Notes: generated by a model from the sequence alone, not told the origin. Positions 9,575 to 20,848 are shown, numbered from the whole stretch's first letter. The stretch is 62,401 nt of DNA, filler included, from an uncultured Gemmatimonadota bacterium (GCA_964490075.1; 3 parts of 3 records of this genome joined end to end with filler, not necessarily neighbours in it); one strand, 5' to 3'. Numbers and translations: made by a program.

Positions 9575-10612
9575 TCAGAAGAAGCGACAACAGCGCGCGC
9601 AGACCCCCAGTCCGCGGCGCAGGTAGATCTCGCGCAGCGCCGCCAGGCGCGCCGTGCCCCAGGGATGGGGCCAGGGAGCCTCGTCGATCGATCCCAGGCG
9701 CGCATCGGGGAAGTCGGGGCAGCCGACCAGCGCGCCATCGGGCTCGACCGATATCTCGCCACCCAAGGCCAGGCAGAGCCCACGCTTGCGCCCCACCACG
9801 CGCAACGGATCGGCGAAATAGTCGCGCAGCGCGCCAGCGCCGCGCAGCCGGTAGGGGATCATGGTCACCGGTCCCGGGAAACGCCGCAGCGCGCCCTCGA
9901 TCGAAAGGGCCAAGAGCGCCGGATCGATGCCGCGGTAGTCGCGCGCGAAGTGTCGCCAGTGCCCCCCCCCGCCGAAATCGAAGGCCAGCGCCGCGTCGTG
10001 GAGAGCACCGCTGGCGGCGGTGGCGAAGGTCGGAAGCTGCAGGACCAGGCGTTGGCAGCCGAGCTCCGCGATCGCCTCCGCGGCCGCCTCGAGGTGAGCC
10101 TGGTTCCCCTCCGAGATCGTCAGGTTGGCCGCCAGCCGCGCCGCCCCGTCCCGGGTTCGCAGCCGCTCCACTCCGGTCGCCACCCGTTCGAAGAGCCCTG
10201 GGCGACCGCGCAGCGCGTCGTGGATCGCCGGCGGACCGTCGATGGAGACGATCCACTCGTCCACCCCTTCCAGCTCCGCGGCCCGCTCCGCCAGCAGCGA
10301 CCCCGAGGTGTTCAGCTCGGCGCGGAAGCCGGCCTCGCGCAGCAGCGCCAGCAGAGCGGGCAGATCGGCGTGGAGCAAGGGCTCGCCGCCCCAGACGAAG
10401 GCCGTGCCCCCGGCCGCCGGATCGCGCCCGCGCAGATAAAGGGCCAGTGCCGCCACCCGCAGCTCGTCGCGCCCGGCGCCCTCGCCCCGGCGCCGCGCCG
10501 CCTGCGGGCAGATTCCGCAGCTCAGCTCGCAGCGGTCGGTGATCCGCAGGTTGAGGCGCGAGGGACGCGCGCTGACTCGCAGCTGCCGCCGGGGGTCCTT
10601 GCGAGGGCCCAC
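9575..10612 (-). CDS. Radical SAM protein with SPASM/twitch-like C-terminus
   Basis: CELSCGIC (CxxxCxxC), GGEPLL, SIDGP...HD..RG, C-terminal C...GCPD...CARCC. Confidence 0.88.
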   Translation of the reverse strand: MGPRKDPRRQLRVSARPSRLNLRITDRCELSCGICPQAARRRGEGAGRDELRVAALALYLRGRDPAAGGTAFVWGGEPLLHADLPALLALLREAGFRAELNTSGSLLAERAAELEGVDEWIVSIDGPPAIHDALRGRPGLFERVATGVERLRTRDGAARLAANLTISEGNQAHLEAAAEAIAELGCQRLVLQLPTFATAASGALHDAALAFDFGGGGHWRHFARDYRGIDPALLALSIEGALRRFPGPVTMIPYRLRGAGALRDYFADPLRVVGRKRGLCLALGGEISVEPDGALVGCPDFPDARLGSIDEAPWPHPWGTARLAALREIYLRRGLGVCARCCRFF

Positions 10613-10616
10613 CGCG

Positions 10617-11117
10617 CTACTGCGCCAGCATCTCGCGCAGCTCGGGCATCTCCGCCAGCCGCTCCGCCAGCGGCTTGAAGTCGGGATCGCCTGCGGTGAA
10701 GAAGAGGTAGAGGGCCAGGTCGGCCACCTCGTGTTGCTCCGAGAGTCCCTCCACGGTAGCCCGCAGCTGCTCCACCGAGAGCTCGTTCAGCTTGCTCAGG
10801 TCGTCGGCCAGCCCCTCCTCGTGGGGCACCCCGTGGCGGTCGAGGAAGTCGACGATCAGAGGTCGAAGCTTGCCCGCCAGCACGTCGTAGACCAGCCGAA
10901 AGGCGACCTCGTTGCGGCGCTGGTCGTCGGTCTCCAACCAGGTCCGCAGGCGCGCGGTCGCAGCCTCGCGCCGCCGCCGCGGATCGATCAGCCTCCGGGT
11001 CGCCTTCTGGATGCCGGTGACGCGAAAGAGCTCGGCGCGAAAACGGCGGGTGGCGAGCTCGATCAGGCGCGAGAAGTTCTCTTCGGAGAGGGCGAGAGCC
11101 AGCTCTCGGTGGGTCAT
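10617..11117 (-). CDS. Hypothetical helical protein
   Basis: Fills the space between Rrf2 and radical SAM genes on the same strand with coding-like composition. Start uncertain (11117 or 11162). Confidence 0.7.
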   Translation of the reverse strand: MTHRELALALSEENFSRLIELATRRFRAELFRVTGIQKATRRLIDPRRRREAATARLRTWLETDDQRRNEVAFRLVYDVLAGKLRPLIVDFLDRHGVPHEEGLADDLSKLNELSVEQLRATVEGLSEQHEVADLALYLFFTAGDPDFKPLAERLAEMPELREMLAQ

Positions 11118-11187
11118 CGGGAGGGTCTCCGGGGATACGGGTAGCGCTGCATCAAACCGCAAAAGTTACCACCGGTCCCCGTCCCCC

Positions 11188-11622
11188 TCAAGGATCGTCA
11201 GAGTCCCGCGCCGCCAGCTCCCAGGCCAGCGCGTCGGCCAGCGAGATCCCGTCCAACACCCGCGAGAGGCCTCCCTGGACCGCGTCGACCACCGGAATGA
11301 GCCGGCAGCGACGATAGAGGGGGCAGCAGTCCTCGGTTCCCACGCACTTCGCCACCTCGACCGTGCCCTCGACCGAGCGCGCCACATCGAGGAGCGAGAT
11401 TTCGGCCGGGTGCCGTGCCAGCACGAAGCCGCCGCCAATCCCGCGCACCGAGCGCACGATCTTCTCGCCGACCAGCGTCGGCATGATCTTCGAGAGGTAG
11501 TCCCGCGGCAGCCCTTCTTTCTCGGCGATTGCGTTGACGCTCACCGGTGCCTTGTGGCCGAGCTCCGCCAGATGGATCAAGGCGATCAGCGCGTACTCCA
11601 CCGCGCGCGAAAACCCAAACAT
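11188..11622 (-). CDS. Rrf2-family transcriptional regulator (Cys-containing, probably Fe-S binding)
   Basis: SRAVEYALIAL, SVRGIGGGFVLARHP.EISLLDV, C....CC....C. Confidence 0.92.
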   Translation of the reverse strand: MFGFSRAVEYALIALIHLAELGHKAPVSVNAIAEKEGLPRDYLSKIMPTLVGEKIVRSVRGIGGGFVLARHPAEISLLDVARSVEGTVEVAKCVGTEDCCPLYRRCRLIPVVDAVQGGLSRVLDGISLADALAWELAARDSDDP

Positions 11623-11752
11623 GCGATTCGTCCAAGCAGTCGGCGGAACCGGGCCCCGCCTGGCCGACTGCCGTGCCCCCCCGGACACGAACTATCGGCA
11701 TTGTAATTCATGAATCGCCCCGCGAACAGCCGATTCGGGCCCGGCCGCCGAC

Positions 11753-12955
11753 CTAGATCGCCTCCAGCACGCCACAAATCCGAGCAATCGCCGTGTCCAG
11801 CTCCTCATCGGAGATCACCAGGGGCGGCGCGAAGCGAATGATGTTGCCGTGGGTCTGCTTGGCCAGGATTCCCGCGTCGCGCAGCGCCACGCAGACGTCC
11901 CAGGCCTGGAAGTCGTGGGCGAAGACCACCGCGTTGAGCAGCCCCTTGCCGCGCACCTCGCGAATCCGCTCACAGCGCAGCGCCCCGATCCGCTCCCGGA
12001 AGCGCCGCCCGAGGCGCTCCGCCCGCTCGTCGAGGCGCTCCTCCTCCAGCACCTCGAGGGCCGCGATCGCCACTGCCGAGCCGAGCGGGTTGCCGCCGAA
12101 GGTCGAGCCGTGGGTGTTCGGCTCGAAGACCCCCATCAGGTCGGAATCGGCCACCACCGCGCTGACCGGGAACACGCCGCCGCCGAGCGCCTTGCCAAGG
12201 GTCATCGCGTCGGGTCGCACCGCCTCGTGGTCGCAGGCGAACTTGCGCCCGGTGCGGCAGAATCCGGTCTGCACCTCGTCGGCGATCAAGAGCACGCGCC
12301 GATCGGAGCAGATCTTGCGAATGTCGGTCAGATAGCCCGCGGGCGGCATCCGCACCCCCGCCTCGCCCTGGATCGGCTCCACCAGGAAGGCCACCGTATC
12401 CTCGTCGATCGCCCGCTCCAGCGCCCCCGCGTCGCCGTAGGGAATCACCTCGAAACCGGGCGCGTAGGGCCCGTAGTGGTCGCGCGCCTCGGGATCGGTG
12501 CTGAACGAGATGATGGTCGAGGTGCGGCCGTGGAAGTTCTCCTCGCAGACCAGGATCCGCTGCCGGCCGTTCTCCACCCCCTTGACCAGCGTGCCCCAGC
12601 GCCGCGCCATCTTGATCGCCGTCTCCACCGCCTCCGCGCCGGTGTTCATCGGCAGCGCCATCTCGAAGCCGGTGTAACGGCAGAGCTTCTCCAGGAACTC
12701 GCCCATCCGGTCGTTGTGAAAAGCGCGGCTGGTCAGGGTGCAGCGCTCGGCCTGGTCGCGCAGCGCGCCGATGATGCGCGGGTGCCGGTGCCCCTGGTTG
12801 ACCGCCGAGTAGGCCGACAGAAAGTCGTAGTACTCCTTGCCCTCGGGGTCGCGCACCACCACGCCCTCGGCCGCGGCGATGACCACGGGCAGCGGGTGGT
12901 AGTTGTGGGCGCCGAAGCGCTCGGCCTGCTCGATGATGCTCTGACTCCTGGTCAA
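11753..12955 (-). CDS. rocD: Ornithine--oxo-acid aminotransferase
   Basis: GAHNYHPLPVV, DFLSAYSAVNQGHRHP, PMNTGAEAVETA, EPIQGEAG, DEVQTG, LGKALGGG, HGSTFGGNPL. TTG start inferred. Confidence 0.95.
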   Translation of the reverse strand: MTRSQSIIEQAERFGAHNYHPLPVVIAAAEGVVVRDPEGKEYYDFLSAYSAVNQGHRHPRIIGALRDQAERCTLTSRAFHNDRMGEFLEKLCRYTGFEMALPMNTGAEAVETAIKMARRWGTLVKGVENGRQRILVCEENFHGRTSTIISFSTDPEARDHYGPYAPGFEVIPYGDAGALERAIDEDTVAFLVEPIQGEAGVRMPPAGYLTDIRKICSDRRVLLIADEVQTGFCRTGRKFACDHEAVRPDAMTLGKALGGGVFPVSAVVADSDLMGVFEPNTHGSTFGGNPLGSAVAIAALEVLEEERLDERAERLGRRFRERIGALRCERIREVRGKGLLNAVVFAHDFQAWDVCVALRDAGILAKQTHGNIIRFAPPLVISDEELDTAIARICGVLEAI

Positions 12956-13334
12956 CTCCGTGTCTCCGTGGCGGGCTGCGTGCCGCGCGCCCGCCTGCTG
13001 ATGAATCGTCGATTTCGGGTGCTGCGACCGCCGCCGATTTGGCGGAGGATCGCCGGACGGGTCAACTCTAATCCAAGATTCGGCCCACTTCGGAGGACAG
13101 AGGGCGGAGGCATGATTCTCGGGCCGGGGCGCGTTCGCTATGAGCGCGTGTCGGCCGCAATTTCTTACGATGGGCGCGTGGGCAGGAGCTCCCCGTCTTA
13201 GATTCTGCGCGTCCTTCAACAAAACTTACGCGAACGGGCTTATCATCGCGGGTGGATCTCGAGGTCGGCGACAGACCCACTCGATTCCGCAGCCGATGGC
13301 GGGGCCTCTCCCCGGCCGGTCGAAACCGGCGGCA

Positions 13335-13359
13335 TCCGGAGCGACTCGCTCGCTCCGGA
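13335..13359. repeat. Perfect 10-bp inverted repeat in an intergenic region
   Basis: TCCGGAGCGA-ctcgc-TCGCTCCGGA. Confidence 0.6.
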
Positions 13360-13497
13360 CTGGGGGCGGGCGTTCGACAGCGCCCGACCCGGCGCATGGA
13401 TGAACTGCGGGTCATGGGCCCGGCGCCCCTCGACGCTTCCACGGCCGGATCTCCCGGCAAGTCCATCCCTGTCCCACCCGAAACGGGAGGCAATCGA

Positions 13498-13911
13498 GTG
13501 AAGACTCTCCTTCTTATCTGCTCCGCAACTCTCATGCTCGGCAGCGCGGTCGAGGCGCAGACCTGCTTCGACTTCAATCCTTACTGCGACGGACTCGAGC
13601 TGACCCTGACCGGCGGCCTGATCACCGGCTACTGGCGCAACACCGACTGCGCCGGCACCGACGTGCCCGTCGTGGGCCGGGTCCGCGGCGGCCAGGGCGA
13701 GGTCAAGTGCGACGCCGCCACCGATCCCTGCCCCAGCGGAATGACCTGGGGATTCGCGATCGACGGTCTGCCGCTCGACGGCACGATGGTCATGTACCAG
13801 TACAACGGCGGCTGGAACGTCTGGCTCGACCCCCTGTACTACGATGACTATCCCGGACCGTGCCTGTTCGACGAGTCCGAGGTGATGGTCGCCTCCTGGA
13901 TGGCGCCGTAG
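13498..13911 (+). CDS. Small secreted cysteine-rich protein of unknown function
   Basis: GGGAGG RBS, GTG start, signal peptide ending VEA-Q, six Cys in the mature region, strong GC3 codon bias. Confidence 0.8.
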   Translation: MKTLLLICSATLMLGSAVEAQTCFDFNPYCDGLELTLTGGLITGYWRNTDCAGTDVPVVGRVRGGQGEVKCDAATDPCPSGMTWGFAIDGLPLDGTMVMYQYNGGWNVWLDPLYYDDYPGPCLFDESEVMVASWMAP

Positions 13912-13951
13912 AGGAGCCGACAGAGGGCTGCAAGTCAGTCCTTTGAACTCG

Positions 13952-13991
13952 GCGGGCGCCGCGAGTCCTTGCGACACGCGGCGCCCGCTTT
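13952..13991 (+). terminator. Probable intrinsic terminator
   Basis: 12-bp stem GCGGGCGCCGCG/CGCGGCGCCCGC followed by TTT, just after the stop at 13911. Confidence 0.55.
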
Positions 13992-14095
13992 GTCGTTGCC
14001 GGCGGGGTCGTGGCGATCCGGCGCAATCGCGGTACGCTACAGTTCGGGTTTTCCCGGTCAAGAGCCAATCCCAACACCCGCGGAGAGTCGCATCG

Positions 14096-15340
14096 ATGTC
14101 GTTCCTGGACCACATCTTCGGCCGCACCCCCGAGAAGCTCAAGGCACGCGCCCTCGCCCATGCCGAGAAGGAGCAGTGGATGGACGCGCGGATCGTCTGC
14201 AACGACGCGCTGGAGCGGCTGCCGCAAGGCGCTCCGGAGCGCGGCGAGCTGGCGATGGTGCTGGAGAAGGCCAACGAAGCGATCGCCCGCCGCCATCTCG
14301 ACGCGGCCGACGCATACCTCGAGGCCGATGAGAAAGAGAAGGCGGTGGAGCGAGCGGCGCTGGCGCGCGATCTGGCGGTCAGCGGGCAGTCGAAGGACCG
14401 GGCGTCGAAGATCTTGCGCGGCCTGGCCGACGATCGCAGCTGGAGCAAGGCGCCGCAGGAACACATGATCGAGCGCGATTCCGATCTGGCGCAGGACTCG
14501 GGCACCGACCAGGAGATCGAGGCGCTCTTCGATGCGCAGGGCGAACGCGCCGAGAGCTACCGCGCCCACGGCATCGAGATGGGACGGGCCTTGCAGGCCG
14601 CCGCCGACAACGATCTGCCCGAGGCGAAGAAGCTGCTGCTGGCGCTGCAGAAGAGCAAGCGCAAGGATCCACTCATCGCCTTCGAGCTCGGGCATGTGCT
14701 GCACGCCCTGGGAGACAGCTCGGGCGCGGCGCGCAACCTGCGCAAGGCGGTGGAGGGCGACCCCGGGCGGTCGCAGGCGGTGCTGGAGCTGGCCGATGTG
14801 AGTCTGTCGCTGGGGCACCGCAAGGGGGCGGTCGATGCGCTCCGGCGCTTCTCCGGAGAGGACCCGCAGGTGACCCAGCGGCTGGGCGAGATCCTGATCG
14901 CCACCGGCAAGCTCGACGAGGCACACCAGATGCTGGAGGCGGCGGTCGGCACCGACAAGGAGAGCGCCGCCGTCTACCGCCTGCTGGGCGAGATCGCCGA
15001 GCGCCAGGAGGACTACAAGACCGCCGGGCGCCTCTACGACCGAGCCTTCGCCAAGGGGCCGAGCGATCCGATGAACGCGCTCTGGCTGGCGCGCTTCCTG
15101 AGCGGGCCCGGGGATGACGCGCTGCGCGCGATCGAGACCTACAACGCCCTGGCCGACCGCGACGCGGCCGGGCGTTTCCTCTACTTCCGCAAGGTGGGCG
15201 AGCTCTACCTGAAGCTGGGCCACACCGACGAGGCGATCGACATTCTGGAGAACGCCAAGGGGCTGACCCCGCCGAGCCGTGCCGAAGACCGCAAAGAGGT
15301 CGAGGCTTTGCTCGACAAGGCCTACGACGCGGCGGACTGA
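14096..15340 (+). CDS. Tetratricopeptide repeat protein
   Basis: Repeated TPR-like helices (ELGHVLHALGD..GA, LGEILIATGKLDEA, VGELYLKLGHTDEA). Confidence 0.85.
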   Translation: MSFLDHIFGRTPEKLKARALAHAEKEQWMDARIVCNDALERLPQGAPERGELAMVLEKANEAIARRHLDAADAYLEADEKEKAVERAALARDLAVSGQSKDRASKILRGLADDRSWSKAPQEHMIERDSDLAQDSGTDQEIEALFDAQGERAESYRAHGIEMGRALQAAADNDLPEAKKLLLALQKSKRKDPLIAFELGHVLHALGDSSGAARNLRKAVEGDPGRSQAVLELADVSLSLGHRKGAVDALRRFSGEDPQVTQRLGEILIATGKLDEAHQMLEAAVGTDKESAAVYRLLGEIAERQEDYKTAGRLYDRAFAKGPSDPMNALWLARFLSGPGDDALRAIETYNALADRDAAGRFLYFRKVGELYLKLGHTDEAIDILENAKGLTPPSRAEDRKEVEALLDKAYDAAD

Positions 15341-15361
15341 GGCTCAACCCCAAGGTTGAGA

Positions 15362-15787
15362 TCAAAAAGGCCGCAAGATCGCCAGCGACAGGACGGCCAC
15401 CAACCCGAGCAGCGTCGCCAGCTCCATGGCGCGGAAGTAGGCGGCGCTGGCCGATGCCGCCCCGGGCTTGGCCGCCGACGACATCTTGGCCCGCAAAAGC
15501 TGATCGGCGATCACCAGCAGCAGCACCAAGAGAAGCTTGGCGTGCATCCACCCCCCGGGCGGTTGGTACTGCGCATAGAACAGGCCGCCGCCCAGCAAGG
15601 TGAGCAACATTCCGGGAATCGACCCCTTGTTGTAGGTGGCGCGTGCCAGGTCGACCAGATGCTCGGTCGCCGCGCCGCGCTGATCCTGGGCGATCGCCGC
15701 CAGCAAGCGACAGAGATTGATCATGGCGCCCATCCAGAGGAAGGCGCCGATGATATGCAAGAGCTTGAGGAAAAGGACGTCACTCAT
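15362..15787 (-). CDS. HemJ/CopD-like (UPF0093) four-helix membrane protein
   Basis: LKLLHIIG..LWMG and GGWMHAKLLLV motifs; overlaps the metH stop. Confidence 0.75.
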   Translation of the reverse strand: MSDVLFLKLLHIIGAFLWMGAMINLCRLLAAIAQDQRGAATEHLVDLARATYNKGSIPGMLLTLLGGGLFYAQYQPPGGWMHAKLLLVLLLVIADQLLRAKMSSAAKPGAASASAAYFRAMELATLLGLVAVLSLAILRPF

Positions 15788-18700
15788 TGAAATGGCTCTC
15801 CCGGATCGCGAACGGAGAAGTAGCGGGCCTCGGGATGGTGGAAAACGAGCGCCGACACCGACGCCTCGGGATCCATCATGAAACCGTCGGTGAGACGCAC
15901 GCCGATTTCCGCCGGCTGCAGCAGATCGAAGAGCGCCGCCTGGTCGGCCAGATCGGGACAGGCCGGGTAGCCGAAGGAGTAGCGCTTGCCGCGGTAGCGC
16001 CCGCGCAAGCGATCGGCGATCGAGAGCTCGGCGGGGTCGGCGAAGCCCCAGGCGGCGCGGATGCGGGCGTGCAGCCACTCGGCGCACGCCTCGGCGGTCT
16101 CGATGGCGAGCGCCTGCACGATGTGGGAATCGAGGTACTCGCCCTCGTCGCGCAGCCGGGCGGCGCGCTCGGCTACTCCGTCGCCGGCGCATGTGACCAT
16201 CAGCGCGACGTGGTCGCGGGCGCCCTCGGCGACGCTCGGTCGGACCAGATCGGACAGACAGAGGCGGTCGCCGTGGGCCTGACGGGGGAAGCGAAATGTG
16301 TGCGCGACGCCCTTCCTGGCGGTGGGATGGAAAAGGTGTAGCGCATCGCCTTCCGAGGCGGCGGGAAAGAAGCGCCACACGGCGCGCACGCGGGGCGGGA
16401 AGCGGCGCCGCACCTGCTCCACGGCACGCTCCAGGTCGCGGGCGCGGGCGTCGCCGGCTGCCAACAGCTCGTTCAGCTTGCCGCGCAGACCCAGGTGCTT
16501 GCCGTAGAGCATCTGGGGGTTGATCCAACGCATGAGCTCGTCGCCGGGGATCGAGTCGAGCAGGTGGCGCAGGGTGTCGGAGACCGCGGGCGGAACGACC
16601 GGCGCGGGGGCGCCGCCACCGGCGGCGGGAGCCGGGCGAGGGGCGGGAGCCGGGCGTTGCGTTCGAGCCGGCTCTCGCGCCGACTCCTGGGCGCTCTCCC
16701 AGTCCCGGGTGCGCAACAGCTTCAAGCCGTCCATGGCGTCTTTGGCGTAGAGCGCGGGCGCCCCGTAGGCCGGGCCGATGCGCTCGGATACGAAGCGCCG
16801 GCTGAGCGCGGCGCCCCCCACCAGGAGGGGCAGATCGATGCCCGCCTCGCGCAGATCCTGGGCGGTCGCGACCATCTGGTGGGCCGACTTCACCAGGAGA
16901 CCGGAGAGCCCGAGGAAGTCGGGGCGCTCGCGACGCACCGCCTCGATCAGCGCGGCGGGCGGCACCTTGGTGCCGAGGTCGATCACCGAGTAGCCGTTGT
17001 TGGCGAGGATGATCTGGACCAGGTTCTTGCCGATGTCGTGTACGTCCCCCTTGACCGTCGCCAGCAACACCTTGCCGCGCGAGGCCGCCGCGCTGCGCTC
17101 CATGTGCGGCTCCAGGTGGGTCACGGCGGCCTTCATCACCTCGGCGCTCTGCAACACTTCGGCGACGATCAGCTGGTTGCCGTCGAATAGCCGGCCGACC
17201 TCTTCCATGCCGGTCATCAAGGGACCGTTGACGATCTCGAGGGGCTCGCTCGTGGCCAGGGCCAGGTCCAGGTCGCGGATCAGTCCCTCACGGGTGCCCT
17301 CCACGACATGGGCCGCGATCCGCTCCTCGACCGACAGCTCCTCGCCCACGGCGGCGCTTTCGCGCCTGGACGCGCCGCGAAAATGGGCGACGAAGGCGCC
17401 GATCGGATCGGCTCCTCGGTTCCACAAGAGATCGGTCGCCAGCTCCACTTCGTGGGCTGGAATCGTCGCGTAGCGTTCCAACTTCTGCGAGTTGACGATC
17501 GCCAGATCGAGGCCGGCCTTGGTTGCGTAATAGAGAAAGACGGAGTTCAGCACCTCGCGCCCGGCCGGCGGCAGACCGAACGACACATTGCTGATCCCCA
17601 GAATCGTCTTGGTGGCGGGAAACGCCGCCTTGATGGCACGCAGGCCCTCGATGGTCTCCTCGGCGCTGCCCTGGTAGGCGACATCGCCGGTGGCGCAGGG
17701 AAAGGTCAAGGGATCCCAGATCAGCTCGGCGTCGCGCAGGCCGTAGTTGCCGGTGAGCAAGGAATGAAGCCGCTGCGCGATCTCGAGCTTGCGCTCGCGG
17801 TCGACCGCCATGCCTTGCTCGTCGATGGTCCCCGCGACGAAGATCGCCCCGAAGCGGCGCGCCGCGGGTACCAAGACGTCGAGACGCTCCTCGCCGCCCT
17901 CGAGATTGATCGAGTTGATGATCGTCTTGCCCTGGCAGTAGGGCAGCGCCGCCTCGATCACGCTCGGATCGGTGCTGTCGATCATCAGCGGCACCTTGAC
18001 GCTGCGAGTCAGGCGCTCCAGGAAAGCACACATATCGGCGAGCTCGTCGCGATCGGGATTGGCCAGACAGACATCGACGATCTGCGCGCCGCCGCGCACC
18101 TGGGCCCGGCCCACCTCGGCCGCCTCGTCGAGCTTGCCCTGGTCGATCAGGCGACGGAATTTTCGGGATCCCACTACGTTGGTGCGCTCGCCGACCAGCA
18201 GCGGACGGTTGTCGTCGCTCAGAACGGTGAGCTCGATACCGCTCACCAAGGTGCGCTCGTCGCGCACCGGCCGCCGCGGCGACAGTCCGGCGACCGCCGC
18301 CGCCAGCGCACGAATATGCTCCGGCGTGGTGCCGCAGCAGCCGCCCACGACATTCAGCCAGCCACGCTCGGCGAAGCGCCGCAGCACCTGCGCCAGCTGA
18401 TCGGGACCCTCGAGGTAGCGACCCTCTTCGTCGGGCAGGCCGGCGTTGGGAATGCAGGCCACGTGCGTGGTCGCCAGCGCCGCCAGGCTGCGCAGGTGGT
18501 CGGTCATCAGGTCGGGGCCGGTGCCGCAGTTGAGACCGACGATCAGGGGCTCGGCGTGACGGATCGAGGCGAAGAAGGCCTCCACGCCCTGTCCGGCGAG
18601 CATGCTGCCCATCGGCTCGATGGTGCAGGAGATCATCAGCGGCACGCCCGGCGCGCCCGTGCCGGCGGCGTCCTCCACCCCCAGGATCGCCGCCTTGACG

Positions 18701-19215
18701 TTGCGGGTGTCCTGCGCGGTCTCGATCGCCAGCAGATCGACGCCCCCATCCAACAGGCCGCGGGCCTGGTCGCGGTAGCCACGGCGCAGCTCGTCGAAAG
18801 TGACGCCACCGGTCACCGAGATCGCCTTGGTGGTCGGCCCCATCGATCCCGCGACCCAGACCGGAGGTCCGCCACTCGCGTGCCGGTCGGCCACCCGGCG
18901 CGCGATGCCGGCGGCGGCGCGGTTGATGTCGGTCGCGGCGGCGCCGAGCCCGTACTCCTCGAGCACCAGCGGCGCGCCGCCGAAAGTGTTGGTCTCGATG
19001 ATGTCGGCGCCGGCGTCGATGTGGGCGCGATGGAGCTCTTCGATCAGCTCGGGCCGGGAGAGGTTCAGGTGCTCGTTGCAGCCGTCGAACTGCTCTCCGC
19101 CGAAGTCCTCCGGCGACAGCTCTTGCTGCTGAATCCAGGTGCCGGTGGCCCCATCCACCACCAGGATTCGTTCCCCCAGCTCTGCCCGCAGATTCTCGAT
19201 CGACTCGATCCGCAT
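15784..19215 (-). CDS. metH: Cobalamin-dependent methionine synthase
   Basis: [65 protein letters not shown]. Confidence 0.97.
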   Translation of the reverse strand: MRIESIENLRAELGERILVVDGATGTWIQQQELSPEDFGGEQFDGCNEHLNLSRPELIEELHRAHIDAGADIIETNTFGGAPLVLEEYGLGAAATDINRAAAGIARRVADRHASGGPPVWVAGSMGPTTKAISVTGGVTFDELRRGYRDQARGLLDGGVDLLAIETAQDTRNVKAAILGVEDAAGTGAPGVPLMISCTIEPMGSMLAGQGVEAFFASIRHAEPLIVGLNCGTGPDLMTDHLRSLAALATTHVACIPNAGLPDEEGRYLEGPDQLAQVLRRFAERGWLNVVGGCCGTTPEHIRALAAAVAGLSPRRPVRDERTLVSGIELTVLSDDNRPLLVGERTNVVGSRKFRRLIDQGKLDEAAEVGRAQVRGGAQIVDVCLANPDRDELADMCAFLERLTRSVKVPLMIDSTDPSVIEAALPYCQGKTIINSINLEGGEERLDVLVPAARRFGAIFVAGTIDEQGMAVDRERKLEIAQRLHSLLTGNYGLRDAELIWDPLTFPCATGDVAYQGSAEETIEGLRAIKAAFPATKTILGISNVSFGLPPAGREVLNSVFLYYATKAGLDLAIVNSQKLERYATIPAHEVELATDLLWNRGADPIGAFVAHFRGASRRESAAVGEELSVEERIAAHVVEGTREGLIRDLDLALATSEPLEIVNGPLMTGMEEVGRLFDGNQLIVAEVLQSAEVMKAAVTHLEPHMERSAAASRGKVLLATVKGDVHDIGKNLVQIILANNGYSVIDLGTKVPPAALIEAVRRERPDFLGLSGLLVKSAHQMVATAQDLREAGIDLPLLVGGAALSRRFVSERIGPAYGAPALYAKDAMDGLKLLRTRDWESAQESAREPARTQRPAPAPRPAPAAGGGAPAPVVPPAVSDTLRHLLDSIPGDELMRWINPQMLYGKHLGLRGKLNELLAAGDARARDLERAVEQVRRRFPPRVRAVWRFFPAASEGDALHLFHPTARKGVAHTFRFPRQAHGDRLCLSDLVRPSVAEGARDHVALMVTCAGDGVAERAARLRDEGEYLDSHIVQALAIETAEACAEWLHARIRAAWGFADPAELSIADRLRGRYRGKRYSFGYPACPDLADQAALFDLLQPAEIGVRLTDGFMMDPEASVSALVFHHPEARYFSVRDPGEPFQ

Positions 19216-19244
19216 CGGTGTTTCACCCCTGCCGGCCGCGCGCC

Positions 19245-19910
19245 TCACGCTCGCGGCGGCGATGTGCGCCGACCCTGATCGACCTGCACGAAATAGTCGC
19301 GTGCGATGGTCTCGATCGAAACGCCGTCGATTCCGTGGAAGAGCTCGGCGACCTCGGTGCGCTCGTAGAGGAACAGGTCGCAACGATTTCGGTAGCGCTG
19401 GCGGCGTTGCCAACCGAGCACGCCGCCGGAGGCGGGGAAGCTGAAGAAGGCGCGCCGCGCGGTCAGAGCCAAAGCCCGGCGCACCACCGCGGCCGGCTCA
19501 GGCGCATAGTCCATGAAACCGTTCAGTACGACATAGTCGAACACCTCGTCCGGCGAATAATCCTCGAAGCCGGTGTGCAGCCACTCGCAACGGTCTGCCG
19601 CTCCGGCCTTGCTGGCGTGCGCCTCGGCGATCTCCAGCATGCCGTCGGCGAAGTCGATCCCGACCACCCGCGCCGCGCCGCGCCGGGCGAGCGCCACCGA
19701 GTAGTGGCCCGGTCCACAGCCGACATCCAGCACCGTGCGCCCCGCAAGCGGCTGGCAAGCCGCCAGGGTGCGCTCGTAGCGCAGTCGCATGCTCTTGCGC
19801 AACAACGGGTTGACCACGCGGTTGAGCCAACTCCGGCGGGTCCCGTAGAGGGCGTCGAAGTCGACCGCGTAGTCTTCGAAGAACTGCCGCGTGCGTTCAA
19901 TCGTCGGCAT
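19245..19910 (-). CDS. Class I SAM-dependent methyltransferase
   Basis: VLDVGCGPG, GIDFA motifs. Confidence 0.88.
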   Translation of the reverse strand: MPTIERTRQFFEDYAVDFDALYGTRRSWLNRVVNPLLRKSMRLRYERTLAACQPLAGRTVLDVGCGPGHYSVALARRGAARVVGIDFADGMLEIAEAHASKAGAADRCEWLHTGFEDYSPDEVFDYVVLNGFMDYAPEPAAVVRRALALTARRAFFSFPASGGVLGWQRRQRYRNRCDLFLYERTEVAELFHGIDGVSIETIARDYFVQVDQGRRTSPPRA

Positions 19911-20766
19911 GGTGGTCGAGCCCCAGAGAGTGCGCGAAGGTCGTCACCGTGAAATCGTCCAGGAGTCGAGAGATCTTAGCGTAGGTCCCCCGAATCCGAG
20001 TGTAGGACTTGAATCGCCGGAAGGGCGACATCGGCAGCCTGGGGTGATCCGGATCGACCTCGCGGGGATGCGCGTAGTAGACGACCGGGCGTCCTTCCGA
20101 GATCACCCGTCGCGACCAGGCGCGAATCAGCGGGTACGGGGCCAGACGCAGATAGCCGCCGCCGAAGCAGCAGAGCGACGCCCCGGCGATTCGCACCACC
20201 GACACCGGCACCTCGATGATCGTTCCGGCGGGGGTCGCGACTGAATGAGGCCCGAGCTCCGCCCCCGGCAGACCGCCGTGCGCGCGGCGCGCCGGGAACA
20301 CCGACGAGTCGTAGCGGTAGCCGGCCCGGGCGAGCCGCTCGAAGAACCAGGGCGTGTCGCGGGTGACCGAGAAGCCAGGAGCGCGGAATCCGAGCACTGG
20401 CTCACCGATGATCTGCTCCAGCACCTCCCGGGCGCGCCGGGCGTCGTCGCGGAGCTGGTCTGGCGCCATGGCCCACACCAGGCGGTGGCGATGGCCGTGG
20501 GAGGCGATCTCGTGTCCGCGGCGGTGTGCCTCGCGCACCAGATCGGGATGACGCTCGGCGGTCCAGCCCAGGAAAAAGCAGGTGACCGACACCTGCTTCT
20601 CGTCGAAGAGGTCGAGCAGGCGCCGGAATCCGATCTCGACCCGCGAGGGCATCCCGTCCCAGTCCTCGACCCGCGGCGCGCCCTCCACCTCCAGTACATG
20701 GAACCAGTCCTCGACGTCGACCGAGAAGATCGCCGGGGTGGACGTGCGGAGCTTTGCGCCGGTCAC
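19897..20766 (-). CDS. Polysaccharide deacetylase family protein (DUF3473/XrtA-associated type)
   Basis: SVDVEDWF, HEIASHGHRH, GFRAPGFS, YDSSVFP, GGGYLRL, HPREVDP. Confidence 0.9.
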   Translation of the reverse strand: MTGAKLRTSTPAIFSVDVEDWFHVLEVEGAPRVEDWDGMPSRVEIGFRRLLDLFDEKQVSVTCFFLGWTAERHPDLVREAHRRGHEIASHGHRHRLVWAMAPDQLRDDARRAREVLEQIIGEPVLGFRAPGFSVTRDTPWFFERLARAGYRYDSSVFPARRAHGGLPGAELGPHSVATPAGTIIEVPVSVVRIAGASLCCFGGGYLRLAPYPLIRAWSRRVISEGRPVVYYAHPREVDPDHPRLPMSPFRRFKSYTRIRGTYAKISRLLDDFTVTTFAHSLGLDHHADD

Positions 20767-20848
20767 TGAGTCCCCTTCTCGCGCGGGCCGAAGCTAACTT
20801 CAGACCTCCTGATCCCAGGGCTCCACATGTCGAGCCGCCTGTTCGCCG

